Assembly (NCBI GenBank): GCA_963737655.1
Contig: CAVTTN010000002.1
Location: 1,920,001 to 1,984,000 of the forward strand
Direction: 5' to 3'
Source of the DNA: an uncultured Planctomycetota bacterium
GTDB taxonomy: Bacteria > Planctomycetota > Planctomycetia > Isosphaerales > Isosphaeraceae
Length of the DNA stretch: 64,000 nt
This document shows, piece after piece, positions 11,440 through 22,476 of the stretch. The position numbers and the translations under genes were made by a program. A model generated the notes under the pieces. The model was not told the DNA's origin and did not search any database. It saw nothing but the letters and a program-made list of their open reading frames with translations. How positions within the stretch are numbered: the stretch's first letter is position 1; every line of letters starts with the position of its first letter.

Positions 11440-11931
11440 TCAGCGAGGCATGGTCTCGGGGTGAAATTCCATCTCGGCACGTCCCCCCGAGACCCGAAGC
11501 TCGGCCGAGGGTCGTTTCTTGAGCTTCGCGGCCCGATCCAGGTCCGCCTGCGCCCGGACGAGGTCGCCTTTGTGCTGCCAGGACCTCCCGCGGGATTCCT
11601 AAGCGTAGGCGTTCTTCGGGCTGAGTCGGATGGCCAGGTCGTAATCGGCGATCGCCTTGACCTGGTCCTCCTTCTCGTCCCAGCAGGCGGCCCGACACAT
11701 CCGGGCCCTCACGTTCTTCGGGTCCAGGCGGAGGGCTTCGGCGAAATCGAACATCGCCCGGTCGAAGTCTCCCCTCTCACCTTAGGCCATCCCGCGACGG
11801 AGATATCCTTCGGGGTCATTCGGGGCGAGGAGGATGGCCCGGATCGTCTCCTCGGGGCTGGGTTCGTCCCCGTTCGGGGCCGCGATCGCCACGAGGAGGC
11901 CGAGAGCCGTCGCCCAAATCCCCTGGCTCAT
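11440..11931 (-). pseudogene. Disrupted TPR-repeat protein
   Basis: TPR-like segments (YLRRGMA, AEALRLDP, DYDLAIRLSP) broken by a frameshift near 11783 and an in-frame TAG at 11599-11601. Confidence 0.6.
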
Positions 11932-12023
11932 CGCGAGATCCTCCCGGGCCGGCGATCCTCCCATGTCGGCCCGCAAGCTCGCCGCGGGGCGGCTTCCGAC
12001 CGACGACCGCCGACTCCACAGGA

Positions 12024-12052
12024 TTGACCGGCGCCGTTCGCCCGACTAGACT
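12024..12052 (+). promoter_or_regulatory. Putative sigma70 promoter TTGACC-17-TAGACT
   Basis: Hexamers and spacing seen upstream of ATG 12104. Confidence 0.5.
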
Positions 12053-12103
12053 TCGGATTCCTCTCCAATTCGACTTCGCGGTCAGGAAGGGGCGAAGCTC
12101 GTC

Positions 12104-12598
12104 ATGAGTCTGGGCGAAGCGGGCGGGGCCGAGATCGATTTCGAGACGATGCATGGGCGGAACTGGCCCACGGTCACGCAGTTCTCCGTGTTCCTGGAGA
12201 ACCGCGTGGGCCAGTTGCTGGAGGTGGTCAAGGCGTTCCAGGGTTCGAGGGTCAAGATCGTCGGCCTGTCGATCTCCGACTCGGCGGACTGCTGCATCGT
12301 CCGGCTGATCCTGAGCCATCCCGAGCAGGGGCGCGAGATCCTCGAACGCAACGAGCTGCCCTATGCCGAGAATCAGCTCCTCGCGGCCGAGCTGCCCGCC
12401 GGCCCCCAGTCGCTGGTGGACCTCTGCACGGCCCTCCTCCAGGGGGAGTTCAACATCCACTATGCCTATCCGCTGATCGTCCACCCCCACGGCCGGGCGG
12501 CGGTGGCCCTCCACATCGACAACGTGGACCAGGCCAGCGCGATCCTCCACGAGCAGGGGTTCGAGATCCTCAGCGAGGCCGACCTGGGCTCGAACTAG
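12104..12598 (+). CDS. ACT-domain protein
   Basis: QFSVFLENRVGQL and NIHYAY are typical of tandem-ACT proteins. Confidence 0.8.
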   Translation: MSLGEAGGAEIDFETMHGRNWPTVTQFSVFLENRVGQLLEVVKAFQGSRVKIVGLSISDSADCCIVRLILSHPEQGREILERNELPYAENQLLAAELPAGPQSLVDLCTALLQGEFNIHYAYPLIVHPHGRAAVALHIDNVDQASAILHEQGFEILSEADLGSN

Positions 12599-13286
12599 CC
12601 GGGACCGCGAACCGCGTCGGCTCCGACCCGGCGACCGCCGCGATCGTCCCCCGGCCCACGCGGTCGCGGAGCCATCGGCCCGCCCCTCGGCCCGATCCCG
12701 AGACCGCCGAGAGCAGGCGGCGGACGTCGTCCGAGCCGAATTCCGGGGGGAGCATCGCCGGGCCGAACTCCCCGTCCAGCACGCCGACTCGCAACCATTC
12801 GAGGGCGAGGGCGAGGATCTGGTCGTGATCGAACGCCAGGCCCGAGACGGCCTCGGGATCGAGCCAGGCGGCTTCCCTCGCGTCGTCCGAGCCTCGGACC
12901 GGGGGCAGGGGAGGGCGGATCACCGCCGCATGGGCGATGCTGATCGTCCTGCCTCGGGGATCGCGACCCGGGGCGCCGAAGACGCCGATCGGCTCGACCA
13001 GCGACGGCGCCTCCAGCCCCGTTTCTTCCTTCAACTCGCGACGCGCCGCGGCCTCGATCGGCTCGTCGAGGTCGAGGAAGCCGCCGGGGATCGCCCAGTG
13101 GTCGGCGAACGGGTCTTTCTTCCTCTTGATGAACAGGGCGCGGAGGCCCTCGGCGGTCAGGGCAAAGACGGTCAAATCGACGGTGACCGACGGCCGAGGG
13201 TAGTCGTAGCAATAGGGCGGAGGCACCGCGAATTCCCCGGGGGGCGGGCGAGACGTCTGGTCTCCGGGCGAAGGACCGCCCATCAT
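12570..13286 (-). CDS. Nudix hydrolase (NrtR/ADP-ribose pyrophosphatase-like)
   Basis: Nudix box GGFLDLDEPIEAAARRELKEETGL, plus GRDPRG and LAFDH; start uncertain (13286 or GTG 13226). Confidence 0.85.
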   Translation of the reverse strand: MMGGPSPGDQTSRPPPGEFAVPPPYCYDYPRPSVTVDLTVFALTAEGLRALFIKRKKDPFADHWAIPGGFLDLDEPIEAAARRELKEETGLEAPSLVEPIGVFGAPGRDPRGRTISIAHAAVIRPPLPPVRGSDDAREAAWLDPEAVSGLAFDHDQILALALEWLRVGVLDGEFGPAMLPPEFGSDDVRRLLSAVSGSGRGAGRWLRDRVGRGTIAAVAGSEPTRFAVPASSSPGRPR

Positions 13287-13351
13287 GATAAGGACGCCCC
13301 CGCCGGATGGCGAGCGGGCAGGCCCCGCCGAAGTCCCCGAAGGCCCCGACC

Positions 13352-14461
13352 ATGCCGCGTCCCTCCGCAAGACTCCCCGACTGGCCCGGCTTCGATCCCG
13401 CCGAATCCGACCGGCTGGGGGGCCTGGTCGAAGTCCTCTCGCGAGAGGACGGCCCGGCCGATTCCGAGGGCGTCTGGCCCGATCGGCTCTGGAACGCCCT
13501 GGTCGGGGCGAAGGCCACGCGATGGGCCTTGCCCGGCCGCTTCCCCGACGCCGGAGGGGACCGCCCGAGCCTGGTCCGCCGCTATGCCCGGGTCGCCGAA
13601 GGGTCGCTGACCGCGGCCTTCATCCTCACCCAGCACGACGCCGCCGTTCGAAGGCTCGTCGCCGCCTCGGGGCCGGGCCGCCGCCGCGCCGACCAATGGA
13701 TCGAGCGGATCGCCGAGGGTTCCGCGTTCGCCACCGTGGGCATCTCGCAGTTGACCACGTCTCGGAAGCACGGGCCCAGGGCGATGGCGGCCTCGCCGAC
13801 CGATTCGGGCCATCGGCTCGACGGCGCCATGCCGTGGGTCACGGCCGCCGAGAGGGCCGATTTGCTGGTGACCGGCGGGGTGCTCGACGACGGCTCGCAG
13901 ATGCTGATCGCCCTGCCGAGCGACCGCCCCGGCGTGACGATCCATCCGCCGATGCCCCTGGCGGCCCTGGGGGCGTCGGTCACGAGCGAGGTGATTTGCG
14001 AGGCCGCGGAGGTCCAGCCCGAGGACGTCCTGGCGGGCCCGGCCCTCGACGTGATGGCCACTCCCGGCCTGGCCGGGACCGGCGGCCTCGAGACCTCGGC
14101 GCTGGCGATGGGCCAGGCCCGAGCCGCCCTGAAGGCCCTGGCCGAGCAGGCCGAGGCGCGAGGCGACCTGATCGAGCCGTTCGAGGCCCTGGCGGCCTCC
14201 TGGTCCAGGATCGCCGAGGGCCTGATCGCCGCCGCCGAGGGCCGACCCGACGCCCCGCCCCCGCCCTCGATCCGCGCCGAGGCGAATGCCCTGGTCCTCC
14301 GGGCCACTCAGGCGTTCCTGACCGCCCGAAAAGGCAGCGGGTTCGTCCGCGACGAGCCCGCGCAGCGATGGGCGAGGCAGGCCCTCTTCTTCCTCGTCTG
14401 GTCCTGCCCCTCGCCCGTGGCCAACGCGGCGATCCGAGACCTCGCGGGGATCTGCCCGTAG
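13352..14461 (+). CDS. Acyl-CoA dehydrogenase-family protein
   Basis: AFILTQH, LDGAMPWVT, ARKGSGF, FFLVWSCP. Confidence 0.75.
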   Translation: MPRPSARLPDWPGFDPAESDRLGGLVEVLSREDGPADSEGVWPDRLWNALVGAKATRWALPGRFPDAGGDRPSLVRRYARVAEGSLTAAFILTQHDAAVRRLVAASGPGRRRADQWIERIAEGSAFATVGISQLTTSRKHGPRAMAASPTDSGHRLDGAMPWVTAAERADLLVTGGVLDDGSQMLIALPSDRPGVTIHPPMPLAALGASVTSEVICEAAEVQPEDVLAGPALDVMATPGLAGTGGLETSALAMGQARAALKALAEQAEARGDLIEPFEALAASWSRIAEGLIAAAEGRPDAPPPPSIRAEANALVLRATQAFLTARKGSGFVRDEPAQRWARQALFFLVWSCPSPVANAAIRDLAGICP

Positions 14462-14507
14462 GGTGCATGCAATGCACCGTCATGTAAGGTGCATGAAATG
14501 CACCAAC
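14458..14507. repeat. REP-like doublet (GTAG-GGTGCAT-n3-ATGCACC plus a second palindrome)
   Basis: Two palindromes at 14462-14478 and 14488-14504 between convergent genes. Confidence 0.55.
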
Positions 14508-14535
14508 CCGCGCGGGCGAAGCCCGCCATCCGCAT

Positions 14536-15474
14536 TCACAAACCCGATCCGACGGTCCGCCGCAACCCCTCGTCAAAGCCGACGATCGGCCGATAGCCCA
14601 GGACTCGGCCGATCTTTTCCAGGCTCGCCTGGGAGTGCATCACGTCGCCGGGCCGGGCGGGCCCGAACTCGGGCGCGAGGTCCGTGCCCATCGCGGCGTT
14701 CAGAGTCGCGACCAGGTCGAGCAAGGTGATCCGCTCCCCGGTCCCCACGTTGAACGCCTCGCCGCCCAGGGGGGATTCGCACCGCATCGCCAGCAAGTTC
14801 GCGTGGATGACGTTCGCCACATAGGTGAAATCGCGGGACTGGAGGCCGTCGCCGAGGACCGTCGGCCTCTGGCCCCGGGCCATCTGCGACGCGAACCGCG
14901 AGATCACCCCGCTATAGGGACTCGAAGGGTCCTGCCTCGGCCCGAACACGTTGAAATAGCGGAGGCTCGCCCCATCCAGGCCCATCGTCTGGGCATAGAC
15001 GCGGACGTAATGTTCCCCGGCGAGCTTCCCGGCGGCATAGGGACTCAACGGACGAGGGAACATGTCCTCGCGCTTGGGCAATTCCTCGGTCTCGCCATAG
15101 GCGCTGCTCGACGCCGCGAACAAAAACCGCTTGACGCCGGCCCTCCGCGAGGCTTCCAGGATGTTCAGGGTGGCGGTCGGCCCGCTCCGATGCGACTCGA
15201 TCGGCTCGGCCACGGATCGGGGGACGCTGGGGATCGCCGCCTCATGGAAGACGAAATCGGCCCCCTCGACGGCTCGCTCGCAAACCGCGAAATCGGCCAG
15301 GTCCCCGGCGATCCACTCGAACCGGCCGTCGAGATGGCCCAGGTTCGCGAGCCGCCCGGTCGAGAGGTTATCGACCACGCGGACGCGAAGACCCTCGGCC
15401 AGGAGGGCCTCGACGAGATGGGAGCCGATGAACCCGGCCCCCCCGGTGACGACGGCGAGTCCGGGATCGTTCAC
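14536..15474 (-). CDS. NAD-dependent epimerase/dehydratase (extended SDR, UDP-sugar 4-epimerase-like)
   Basis: TGGAGFIGSH, YAAGK, RYFNVFGPRQ. Confidence 0.92.
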   Translation of the reverse strand: MNDPGLAVVTGGAGFIGSHLVEALLAEGLRVRVVDNLSTGRLANLGHLDGRFEWIAGDLADFAVCERAVEGADFVFHEAAIPSVPRSVAEPIESHRSGPTATLNILEASRRAGVKRFLFAASSSAYGETEELPKREDMFPRPLSPYAAGKLAGEHYVRVYAQTMGLDGASLRYFNVFGPRQDPSSPYSGVISRFASQMARGQRPTVLGDGLQSRDFTYVANVIHANLLAMRCESPLGGEAFNVGTGERITLLDLVATLNAAMGTDLAPEFGPARPGDVMHSQASLEKIGRVLGYRPIVGFDEGLRRTVGSGL

Positions 15475-15517
15475 GTCGAGGTCATCCGATGGCGAGAGGG
15501 TCGGGATCGGCCGCGAT

Positions 15518-16336
15518 TCAGGCGCCGACGGGGGCCTCGGCCAGGGTGAGGAAGGCGTCCATGTTGTCCGGGAACACCGTGTTGGCCGGATAGTACCGGA
15601 AGCCCGCTTGCTTGACCCGGGAGACCAGGTCGGGGTAATCGACCAGGGAGGGGTGGAACTCGGCGATCATGGCGCGGATGCGGCCGAGCCAGGAGAGATC
15701 CCCGGCCGTCAGGAGGGCCTGCTCGCCCCCCTCGATGTCCAGCTTCACCAGGTCCACGATCGTCCCCTCGGGCAGTCGCTTCAGGAGCGAGTCCATGCTG
15801 AGGATCGGCGTCTCGCGGCCCTCCTCGGCGAGCCGGCCCTGGTTGGATTGGTCGTTGTCGTGGAATCGGCCGAGTCCGTCCTCCGGCCCGACGGCCGCCT
15901 CGATCAACTCGGCCGGGATCGCGTTGTCGGCCAGATTGCGGCGGGCCAGGTCGGCGTTGGCCGGGGACGGCTCGACCACCAGGACCCGCTCGATCCCGTA
16001 CTTCTTCGTCAGCCAGACGCTCGTCAGGCCGATGTTGCCCCCGAGGTCCACCAGCACCTTGGGCGACAGGTCGAAGGGCAGGCGGTAGAAGTCGTAGAGC
16101 CAGACCTCGCGGAGGGACCAGATGTCCCCCATGTTGAGCCGATACGTCAGCGAGATCCCGCCGCGGAACCGGACCTTCCGTTCTCGATCGTCGAAGGGCT
16201 TCTTCATCGCGGGCAACGCCCGATAACGCACCAGGTCGCCACTGAGCCGGAAGAACGACCCGGGGTCGGCGCAGAGGCGGGACGCCCTCCAGGCCTCGGC
16301 GAGGATGTTTCGGCTGGCTCGGAGCGCTTTCATCAT
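15518..16336 (-). CDS. FkbM-family methyltransferase
   Basis: DLGGNIG, VEPSPAN, LVKLDIEGGE. Confidence 0.85.
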   Translation of the reverse strand: MMKALRASRNILAEAWRASRLCADPGSFFRLSGDLVRYRALPAMKKPFDDRERKVRFRGGISLTYRLNMGDIWSLREVWLYDFYRLPFDLSPKVLVDLGGNIGLTSVWLTKKYGIERVLVVEPSPANADLARRNLADNAIPAELIEAAVGPEDGLGRFHDNDQSNQGRLAEEGRETPILSMDSLLKRLPEGTIVDLVKLDIEGGEQALLTAGDLSWLGRIRAMIAEFHPSLVDYPDLVSRVKQAGFRYYPANTVFPDNMDAFLTLAEAPVGA

Positions 16337-16522
16337 GATCGGAACCCTTGAAACCCGGCGAATCTCCGCGAGCGATCCCGGCGCGATCCTCTGGATCAAG
16401 ACTATACGTTCGGGACGCCGACGGGCCCAGGGAGCGGCGGGAGGCGGCCCCGACGGCACGATCAATCCGGTCGAGCCGGGCGGAGGTGGCCTTTCATGGC
16501 CGACCCTCGACCCCCCGCCGCC

Positions 16523-19500
16523 CTAGTCCGGCCATCGGCAGAGCCGCTTCACGTAGTCGAGGCCGCCGTCGTTGGCCCAGCCGTCGAGCTGGGCGGCGTC
16601 CTTCATCTGCTGGCCTCGCTTGCGATCGACGGCGAGGAACGCGCAGTCGAGGTCGGGCAGCGAGGTGAGGTCGCCCCAGAGCTTCTCGAACTGGGCGACG
16701 GGGAAGACGTCTTCCTGGCCGTGGCCCCATCGCCTCTTCACGTCCTTGATCGTGACATACGTCGGCACCCGCGCCGCCATCTTGCGGACGGCCTCGGCGA
16801 TCCGGCTCGGGTCGCCGGAGAGGTCGGCGCGGGTCAGGCCGAAGGCGTCGAGGAGGCCGTCGATCCGCACCCAGGTCGTCAGGGTATTGTAGTACCTCAG
16901 GAGGAACTCGGTGTCCTCCTTGGGCGAGGCCAGCCCTTCCAGGAGGCGGAGCCGGCCGCCGACCCGGGCCAGGCCGCCGCCCCGGTCGTCGATCCTCCGG
17001 GGGATGACCTCGAACGCCAGGGTCGAGCCCGAGTCCATCGCCAGCCCCAGGACGCCCGGATCGAGGTTCGCGCCCAGGGTATCGACGTTGTGGACCATCA
17101 GCCAATTCAGATGGGGCCTCTCCGCCAGGAGCCGGGCGAGGACGCCGTTCTTCAGGAGGGTCGGCACCTCGTAGAAGTGCCCCGGCGGGTTGAACCTCTG
17201 GATCGCCACGTTATCGGTATAATCGTGGCCCTCGCCCCGGCCCTTCGCCCATTCGAGGATCGCCCGGCGAGACGCCTCGCGGACCTTCTGCTTGTTCTCG
17301 TCCAGGGTCTCGTGGGCCTGTTCTTCCCAGAGGAACGTGAGGTCGCGGGCCATCGGCACGAGCCTCTGGCCGATCGACTGGCCCCGCGAGAGGACCACGG
17401 GGCCGTCGTGGCCATAATTGCCGGTCCGGGCCAGGTGGTGCTCGATGGCCGAGTGGGTCAGGTAGCTCGTGGTGACCACGTGGGGGATCGGCGACCCGGC
17501 GATCCGGGCCGAGGCGCGGGTCTTGGCCAGGTGGATCTCCAGGAAGGACCGATGCCGCCCTTCCAGGCGGACGAACGGGTTGACCGCCTTCACCACGCCC
17601 GCCCCGGTCGTCCACCGGCTGCCGACGCCCGCGGCGAGCGTGACCACCGCCGCCTCGCCGTGGCTCAGGGCCGCCTCGCCCCGGGCGATGGCCTCTCGGG
17701 GCAGGGCCCCGTGGGCGAAGACGAGGTCATCGTCCTCGACGTCGCGAATATCGGTCGAGAGCGGCAGGCGGTTGCGGGCCAGGCCGATCCGCCCTCGCTG
17801 GAGGTCGTCCCGCAACTGGGCGTGCTGGACCGGGTCGAAGCCGTTCTCGCGGCGGATCTGCTCGGCCTGGCGGTCCCAGTCGGCCGCGGTGGGGTCGCCG
17901 GCGGACCTCGCCACGGGGAAGAGGTTGTTGATCGTGGTGCGGAACACGCGGAGGAGCTCGCCGGTGTCGGCCGAGGTGTTGGCGAAGTGGTCGATGTCCG
18001 CCCGGCGGCGGGCCTCGACGGCGTGGGGGCCGGCCCCGATCATGGCCCCGACCTGGAGCGCGTAATAGCGAGCCGGCATGACCGCGTCGCGGCCCTCGAC
18101 CAGCTCGGCCACGGTCCCTCCGGGGTTGATCCGGAAGTCGTAGACGACCGGCTCCATGGCGAAGGGCAGGGCGTCGTCCAGGTCGGCCTTGGCCCTCTTC
18201 ATGATGGCGGCGATCTCCCGGCGGAACTCGGCCTGGCGATGGGGGGCGACGAAGAAGCCCATCCCGCCGCCGGACATCCCCCCGAGCATCAGGAAGCCCC
18301 AGAAGTCCTCGCCCAGCGCGGCCCTTGCGCCCGCGATGATCGCCTCGGTGAAGGCGTTGGAGACCCAGGGGATGATCGTCTTGAGGGGGCCGTCCCAGTT
18401 GGCGGTCGTCAGCCGGCCGACCTCCCGGACGTCCGCCCTTCGGACCGCCTCGACGATCGCCTCGAAGATCCCCAGGGCCTCGGCCCGGGCGGCCCACTCG
18501 GCCGGGGCGCGGACCAGGTACTTCTCGGTGACCATGTTCAGGATCGGCCCGACGTTCTGGGCCATCCCGCCGTGGACGAGCACCAGGGAGGACGCCAGGG
18601 CCTGGGCGAACGAGCCCGGGGCCTCGCTCCCCGAGGAAATCAGCTCATGCTCGGGCAGGAGCCGGCCCCGGCTGACCCCCCATTCCGGGTCCCCGTCGCG
18701 GCAGGCCACGCCCCGGATCAGCTTGACCCCCGGGAAGACCCCGCCGGAATCCTGCCAGCCTCCGCCCGAGCCGCCCAGCCATTCCCCCAGGATCGCCCGG
18801 GAGACGACCACGCGGGCCTCCTCGGGGTCGAGCGGGCCGGTCAGGTTCCTCGCCTGGCCGCTGGCCCTCATCAACAGCGAGATCAGCGACGCCAGCAGGT
18901 TCGTCGAGACCGCCAGCCGCGAACCCTTGGGGATGTCGTTGACCTTGCTGACGACCTCCAGCCCCCAGCCCGGACGGATGATCCGCCCGAGGATCGCCGC
19001 CAACGGCACGCCCGTGCCCTCGAACGACGGCGGGATCAGCCCCGAGGCGATCACCCCGGCCTTGACCAGCCCGAGGTAATCGTTGCCGAAGTTGAACAGC
19101 TCCTCCAGGGTCGCCACGTCCTTGCTCGCGTTCAGGTCGATCGAGGTCAACCGCAGGACCGGCTCGGCGATGGTCCGGCAATACGTCTCGATCGGGGGCC
19201 GGGCTCGGGGTCCCGGCCGTGGACGCCCAGGTCCACCGAGATGTTCAGGACGCGGGCCCCCTCGGGATAATCCATCCCGAGGAAGAAGATGTCCGACCAG
19301 GCCGAATGCGACAGGTCCAGCCTCACCGGCGTCCTCTCGACGAGGATCGGCGACAGCCCGCCTTCGGACTCCGCGATCAGCCTCGGGTGGAGTCGCAAGG
19401 GGAGCTCGTCGGCCGCCCCCACGCGGAACATCCACCGGCTCCCCCGGCAGCCCCGGACGGACCTTCGGACCTGGTCGGCCAGGGTCTGATACGCGACTTG

Positions 19501-19880
19501 CTCATACGCCTGGGCCAGGGCGCTGGCGATGGCCCGGTCGGGCCCCGGCGGCCCTGGGCCTCGCGGAACGAGGAGATCGCCTGCTCGAACCGCCGGGCCA
19601 TCAGGTCGCCCACCCCCTCGAACGGGATGATCCCCGTGGGCGGCAGCTCGGGCGCCTCCTGGAGGGCGTAGCGGTAGATCGCATGGAGCAACATCGACGC
19701 CCGGACCCGCTCGTACAGGTTCTCGGACCCCCGGCGGAACCCCTCCAGGGCCTCGCTCGCGGCGAGGACCTCGGCCGTGCTCAGCCCCGAGATCAGCTCC
19801 AGGACCGAGCGGTCCCGGGCCGAGGGGTCGGCCGAGGTGATGGCCTCGATCAAAGGCTCGGCGATCGTCGCAGAGGACAC
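16523..19880 (-). CDS. GHMP sugar-kinase-like / UDP-sugar pyrophosphorylase fusion (frameshifts near 19200 and 19530)
   Basis: N-terminal PVRLDLSHSAWSD, IPKGSRLAVS, GGGWQD, GGMSGGG; C-terminal LAAGVGSRW, PPGH, HNVDTLGA, QFEK. Confidence 0.75.
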
Positions 19881-19954
19881 TCGGCCCCTCCCTCTCGCAA
19901 TCCCGGACGGGCGCCTCGAGGACGAGGCGACCGTCCCCCATCGTGTCCGGGATC

Positions 19955-20902
19955 CTAACCCTGCTCCAGGCGGATGATCGATTCCAGGAGCCCGGCCAGC
20001 ATCTCCTCGCGGTCCACCCCGGCCAGGGCCAGCGCGATCTGGGCGTCGAGCGTCCCGTACTTCACCCCGAGGTTGTGCCGGGCCCCGCGAGACTCCAAAG
20101 CCAGGTACTTCTCGCGACGCGCCAGGGCGTCCAGGGCCGGGGTCAGCCCCACGCCCCCTCCCTCGCGGACGTCCCGCGAAACCAGGTCGTCCAGCAGCGT
20201 AAACACCGACGGAGTCAGCACATGCATCCCGAAAAAGCACAGGTAATGGCCGGCGCGGAGGCCCGGCACCTGCAAGCGGACCTCCGCCAGGGTCGGGTTG
20301 GGCTTCTCGATCACCTCGTCGATCGCATAGACGTCCGGCCGGTCGTGCCGCCTCCGCCCCTGGATCGTCCCGTAATGGCCGATCCGGTGCTCTCGGGTCG
20401 CCTGGACGGCCGACGCGGCGCACCCCTCGGCCTCGGCCAGGTCCAGGAGCTGCCGGGCGCACCGGCGGGTTTCCTTGGAGATATACAGATGGTCGCCCAG
20501 GAGGAGCAGGACCGGGTCGCCCCCGGCATACTCCCGGGCGCACCACACCGAATGGCCGTAGCCTTCCGGCTCGGGCTGGACGGCGAATCGAAGGCGGGTG
20601 GCGAGGTCGGCGATCCTCCGGGCCTGCTCCTCGGCCCAATCCACCCCCTTGAACCCGGATCGCAGCGCCTCGGCATAGGACCGGAAGTGCCGGCGATAAT
20701 ACGCCTCATCCCCCGGGGCCACGACCACGCAGATTTCCTCGATCCCGCTCTCCAGCGCCTCCTCGGCGATGATCTGGAGGACCGGCTTGGTCAGGCCGTC
20801 GCGATCGACCAGGGGGAGCATGGCCTTCTGGACCGTGTCCGAGGCCGGATACTGCCGAGCGCCTCGCCCGGCCGCCGTGATGATCGCCTTCTTGACCTGC
20901 AC
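19955..20902 (-). CDS. Sugar-phosphate nucleotidyltransferase (GalU-like)
   Basis: KAIITAAGRGAR, KAMLP, QPEPEGYGH, LGD, IEKP. Confidence 0.85.
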   Translation of the reverse strand: MQVKKAIITAAGRGARQYPASDTVQKAMLPLVDRDGLTKPVLQIIAEEALESGIEEICVVVAPGDEAYYRRHFRSYAEALRSGFKGVDWAEEQARRIADLATRLRFAVQPEPEGYGHSVWCAREYAGGDPVLLLLGDHLYISKETRRCARQLLDLAEAEGCAASAVQATREHRIGHYGTIQGRRRHDRPDVYAIDEVIEKPNPTLAEVRLQVPGLRAGHYLCFFGMHVLTPSVFTLLDDLVSRDVREGGGVGLTPALDALARREKYLALESRGARHNLGVKYGTLDAQIALALAGVDREEMLAGLLESIIRLEQG

Positions 20903-21075
20903 GCCACCCGCTCCCCGATCTCGAAGGAAACCGCCCCGGCCCCGTCGCCCGGACGCCGACAGCCCCGCCGAATCCTACCCGACCTCGACCCCGCGACGCC
21001 AGGCTCCCCGCCGTCCCCCCGCATCGAGAGGACCCCGAATCGATGGATCGCCGGCCGACAACCCGCTCCACCCCC

Positions 21076-21104
21076 TTGACACCGCCCGCCGCCGGGACTA
21101 TCCT
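21076..21104 (+). promoter_or_regulatory. tRNA promoter TTGACA-17-TATCCT
   Basis: Near-consensus hexamers 23 bp upstream of the tRNA. Confidence 0.7.
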
Positions 21105-21127
21105 TGCCTCATCACCCCACCACGCTT

Positions 21128-21201
21128 GGGGATGTAGCTCAATTGGTTAGAGCACCGGCCTGTCACGCCGGAGGTTGCGGGTTCGAGCCCCGTCATCCTC
21201 G
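21128..21201 (+). tRNA. tRNA-Asp(GTC), CCA not encoded
   Basis: Acceptor stem GGGGATG/CATCCTC, anticodon loop CT-GTC-AC, T-loop GGTTCGAG. Confidence 0.96.
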
Positions 21202-21208
21202 CTTCGAT

Positions 21209-21236
21209 CAAACCCCGGGAAATCCGGGGTTTTTTC
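21209..21236 (+). terminator. Intrinsic terminator after tRNA-Asp
   Basis: AAACCCCGG-gaaat-CCGGGGTTT followed by T-run. Confidence 0.75.
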
Positions 21237-21408
21237 ATGCGCCCGCCGAATCGCTTCGGACCTGCGCGCCGGATTCTCGTGCCGGTTACAAATGCCCGAA
21301 ACCTCGTGGAAACGGGTTACGGCCCACGGGCCTCCTGGCGAGGATGGGCGGACGGGGCGTCGGGACAGGCGGTCGTCACCTTGTCGTCCGCGACCCATCC
21401 CTCTCCAC

Positions 21409-21842
21409 GATGGCCGTCGCCGACCTCGCCCGGGGGCCGTTGCGGCTCCATCGCATCCGCCTCAAACCGTCCCACGCCGACCTGGCCGTCCTGGACAGCC
21501 TGCGGATGGCCCTGAGCGACCTGGGGCGGCTCGACCGGGCCGGCGCCCACCTCGCGAGGCTGGTCGCGATCGAGCCGGAGAACGCCAACGGTTGGGTGGC
21601 GCTGGGGGTGGTCCGGGCGCGGGAACGCAAGGCGTCCGAGGCGGTCGCCGCCCCGCGGAGGTCCCTCCAGATCGAGCCCAACAACGATCCGGCCGCTGAA
21701 GACGGACCCCGAGGCGGCCTGCGAGCACCTCTTCCACACCTCCCGTGTGCTCCTGACGCGGGGGATCAAGGGGACGTACCTCGACTCGACGGACGCCGAG
21801 CCCCGGATGTCCCTGGCCGACCTGCTCGGGCGGAGGGCCTGA
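21409..21842 (+). pseudogene. TPR fragment followed by a C-terminal fragment resembling DUF2075-type proteins
   Basis: LVAIEPENANGWVALG (TPR); 21696-21842 reads ...SRVLLTRGIKGTYLDSTD...*; family assignment from recall only. Confidence 0.4.
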
Positions 21843-22476
21843 GGCCGACCGCGGGCTGGATGACGGGGACATCCATCCGCGTCGTGGACGCCGCGTCCAC
21901 GACGACCGAATGACCACCGGATCGGCCGGGATGTCCGGCGGCCCCGCCCGGGGCGGGAGACGGGCGATGGACCCGCCGGGGGAGGTCGATCCGGGACGCT
22001 CGGCCGACAAGACGCGGCCAGGAAGGCCCCGTCGGGCCCGACGTGCCCAGCCCGTCTGGGCAACCGCGCCTGATCAATCCGGCCCGACGCTCGCCGACAT
22101 GGCCGAGGCCGGTCCCATCCGGTCGATCACATCGAAGCATCCAGTTAAAGCACCGGCGATTGCAAGAGACATGCAAATCTTGCGGTCGCGTCCGGGCCGG
22201 CACCGGTGGGTAACCGCTGCGAGATTGTCTCCGAGGTCGGCTCCGCTCGCGAGTCCGGCGGTCGGGTCGGCTTCCGTCGGCTCGACGCCCTCCGAGCGGC
22301 GTGTCATGGCGTCGATGATGGGGGCGGGTGAAGATTCCTGGGTCGGGCGGGAGCCACCGCGGCTCCCGGATCGCCCGCCCCTGGCGGGCTGGGCTGGGCT
22401 GGCGGGCTGGCCGACCGAACGAGAATTTTGGGGCATTCCTGTCCCCGAATCGCCATGATCGTCAGTTAGTCCTCTC

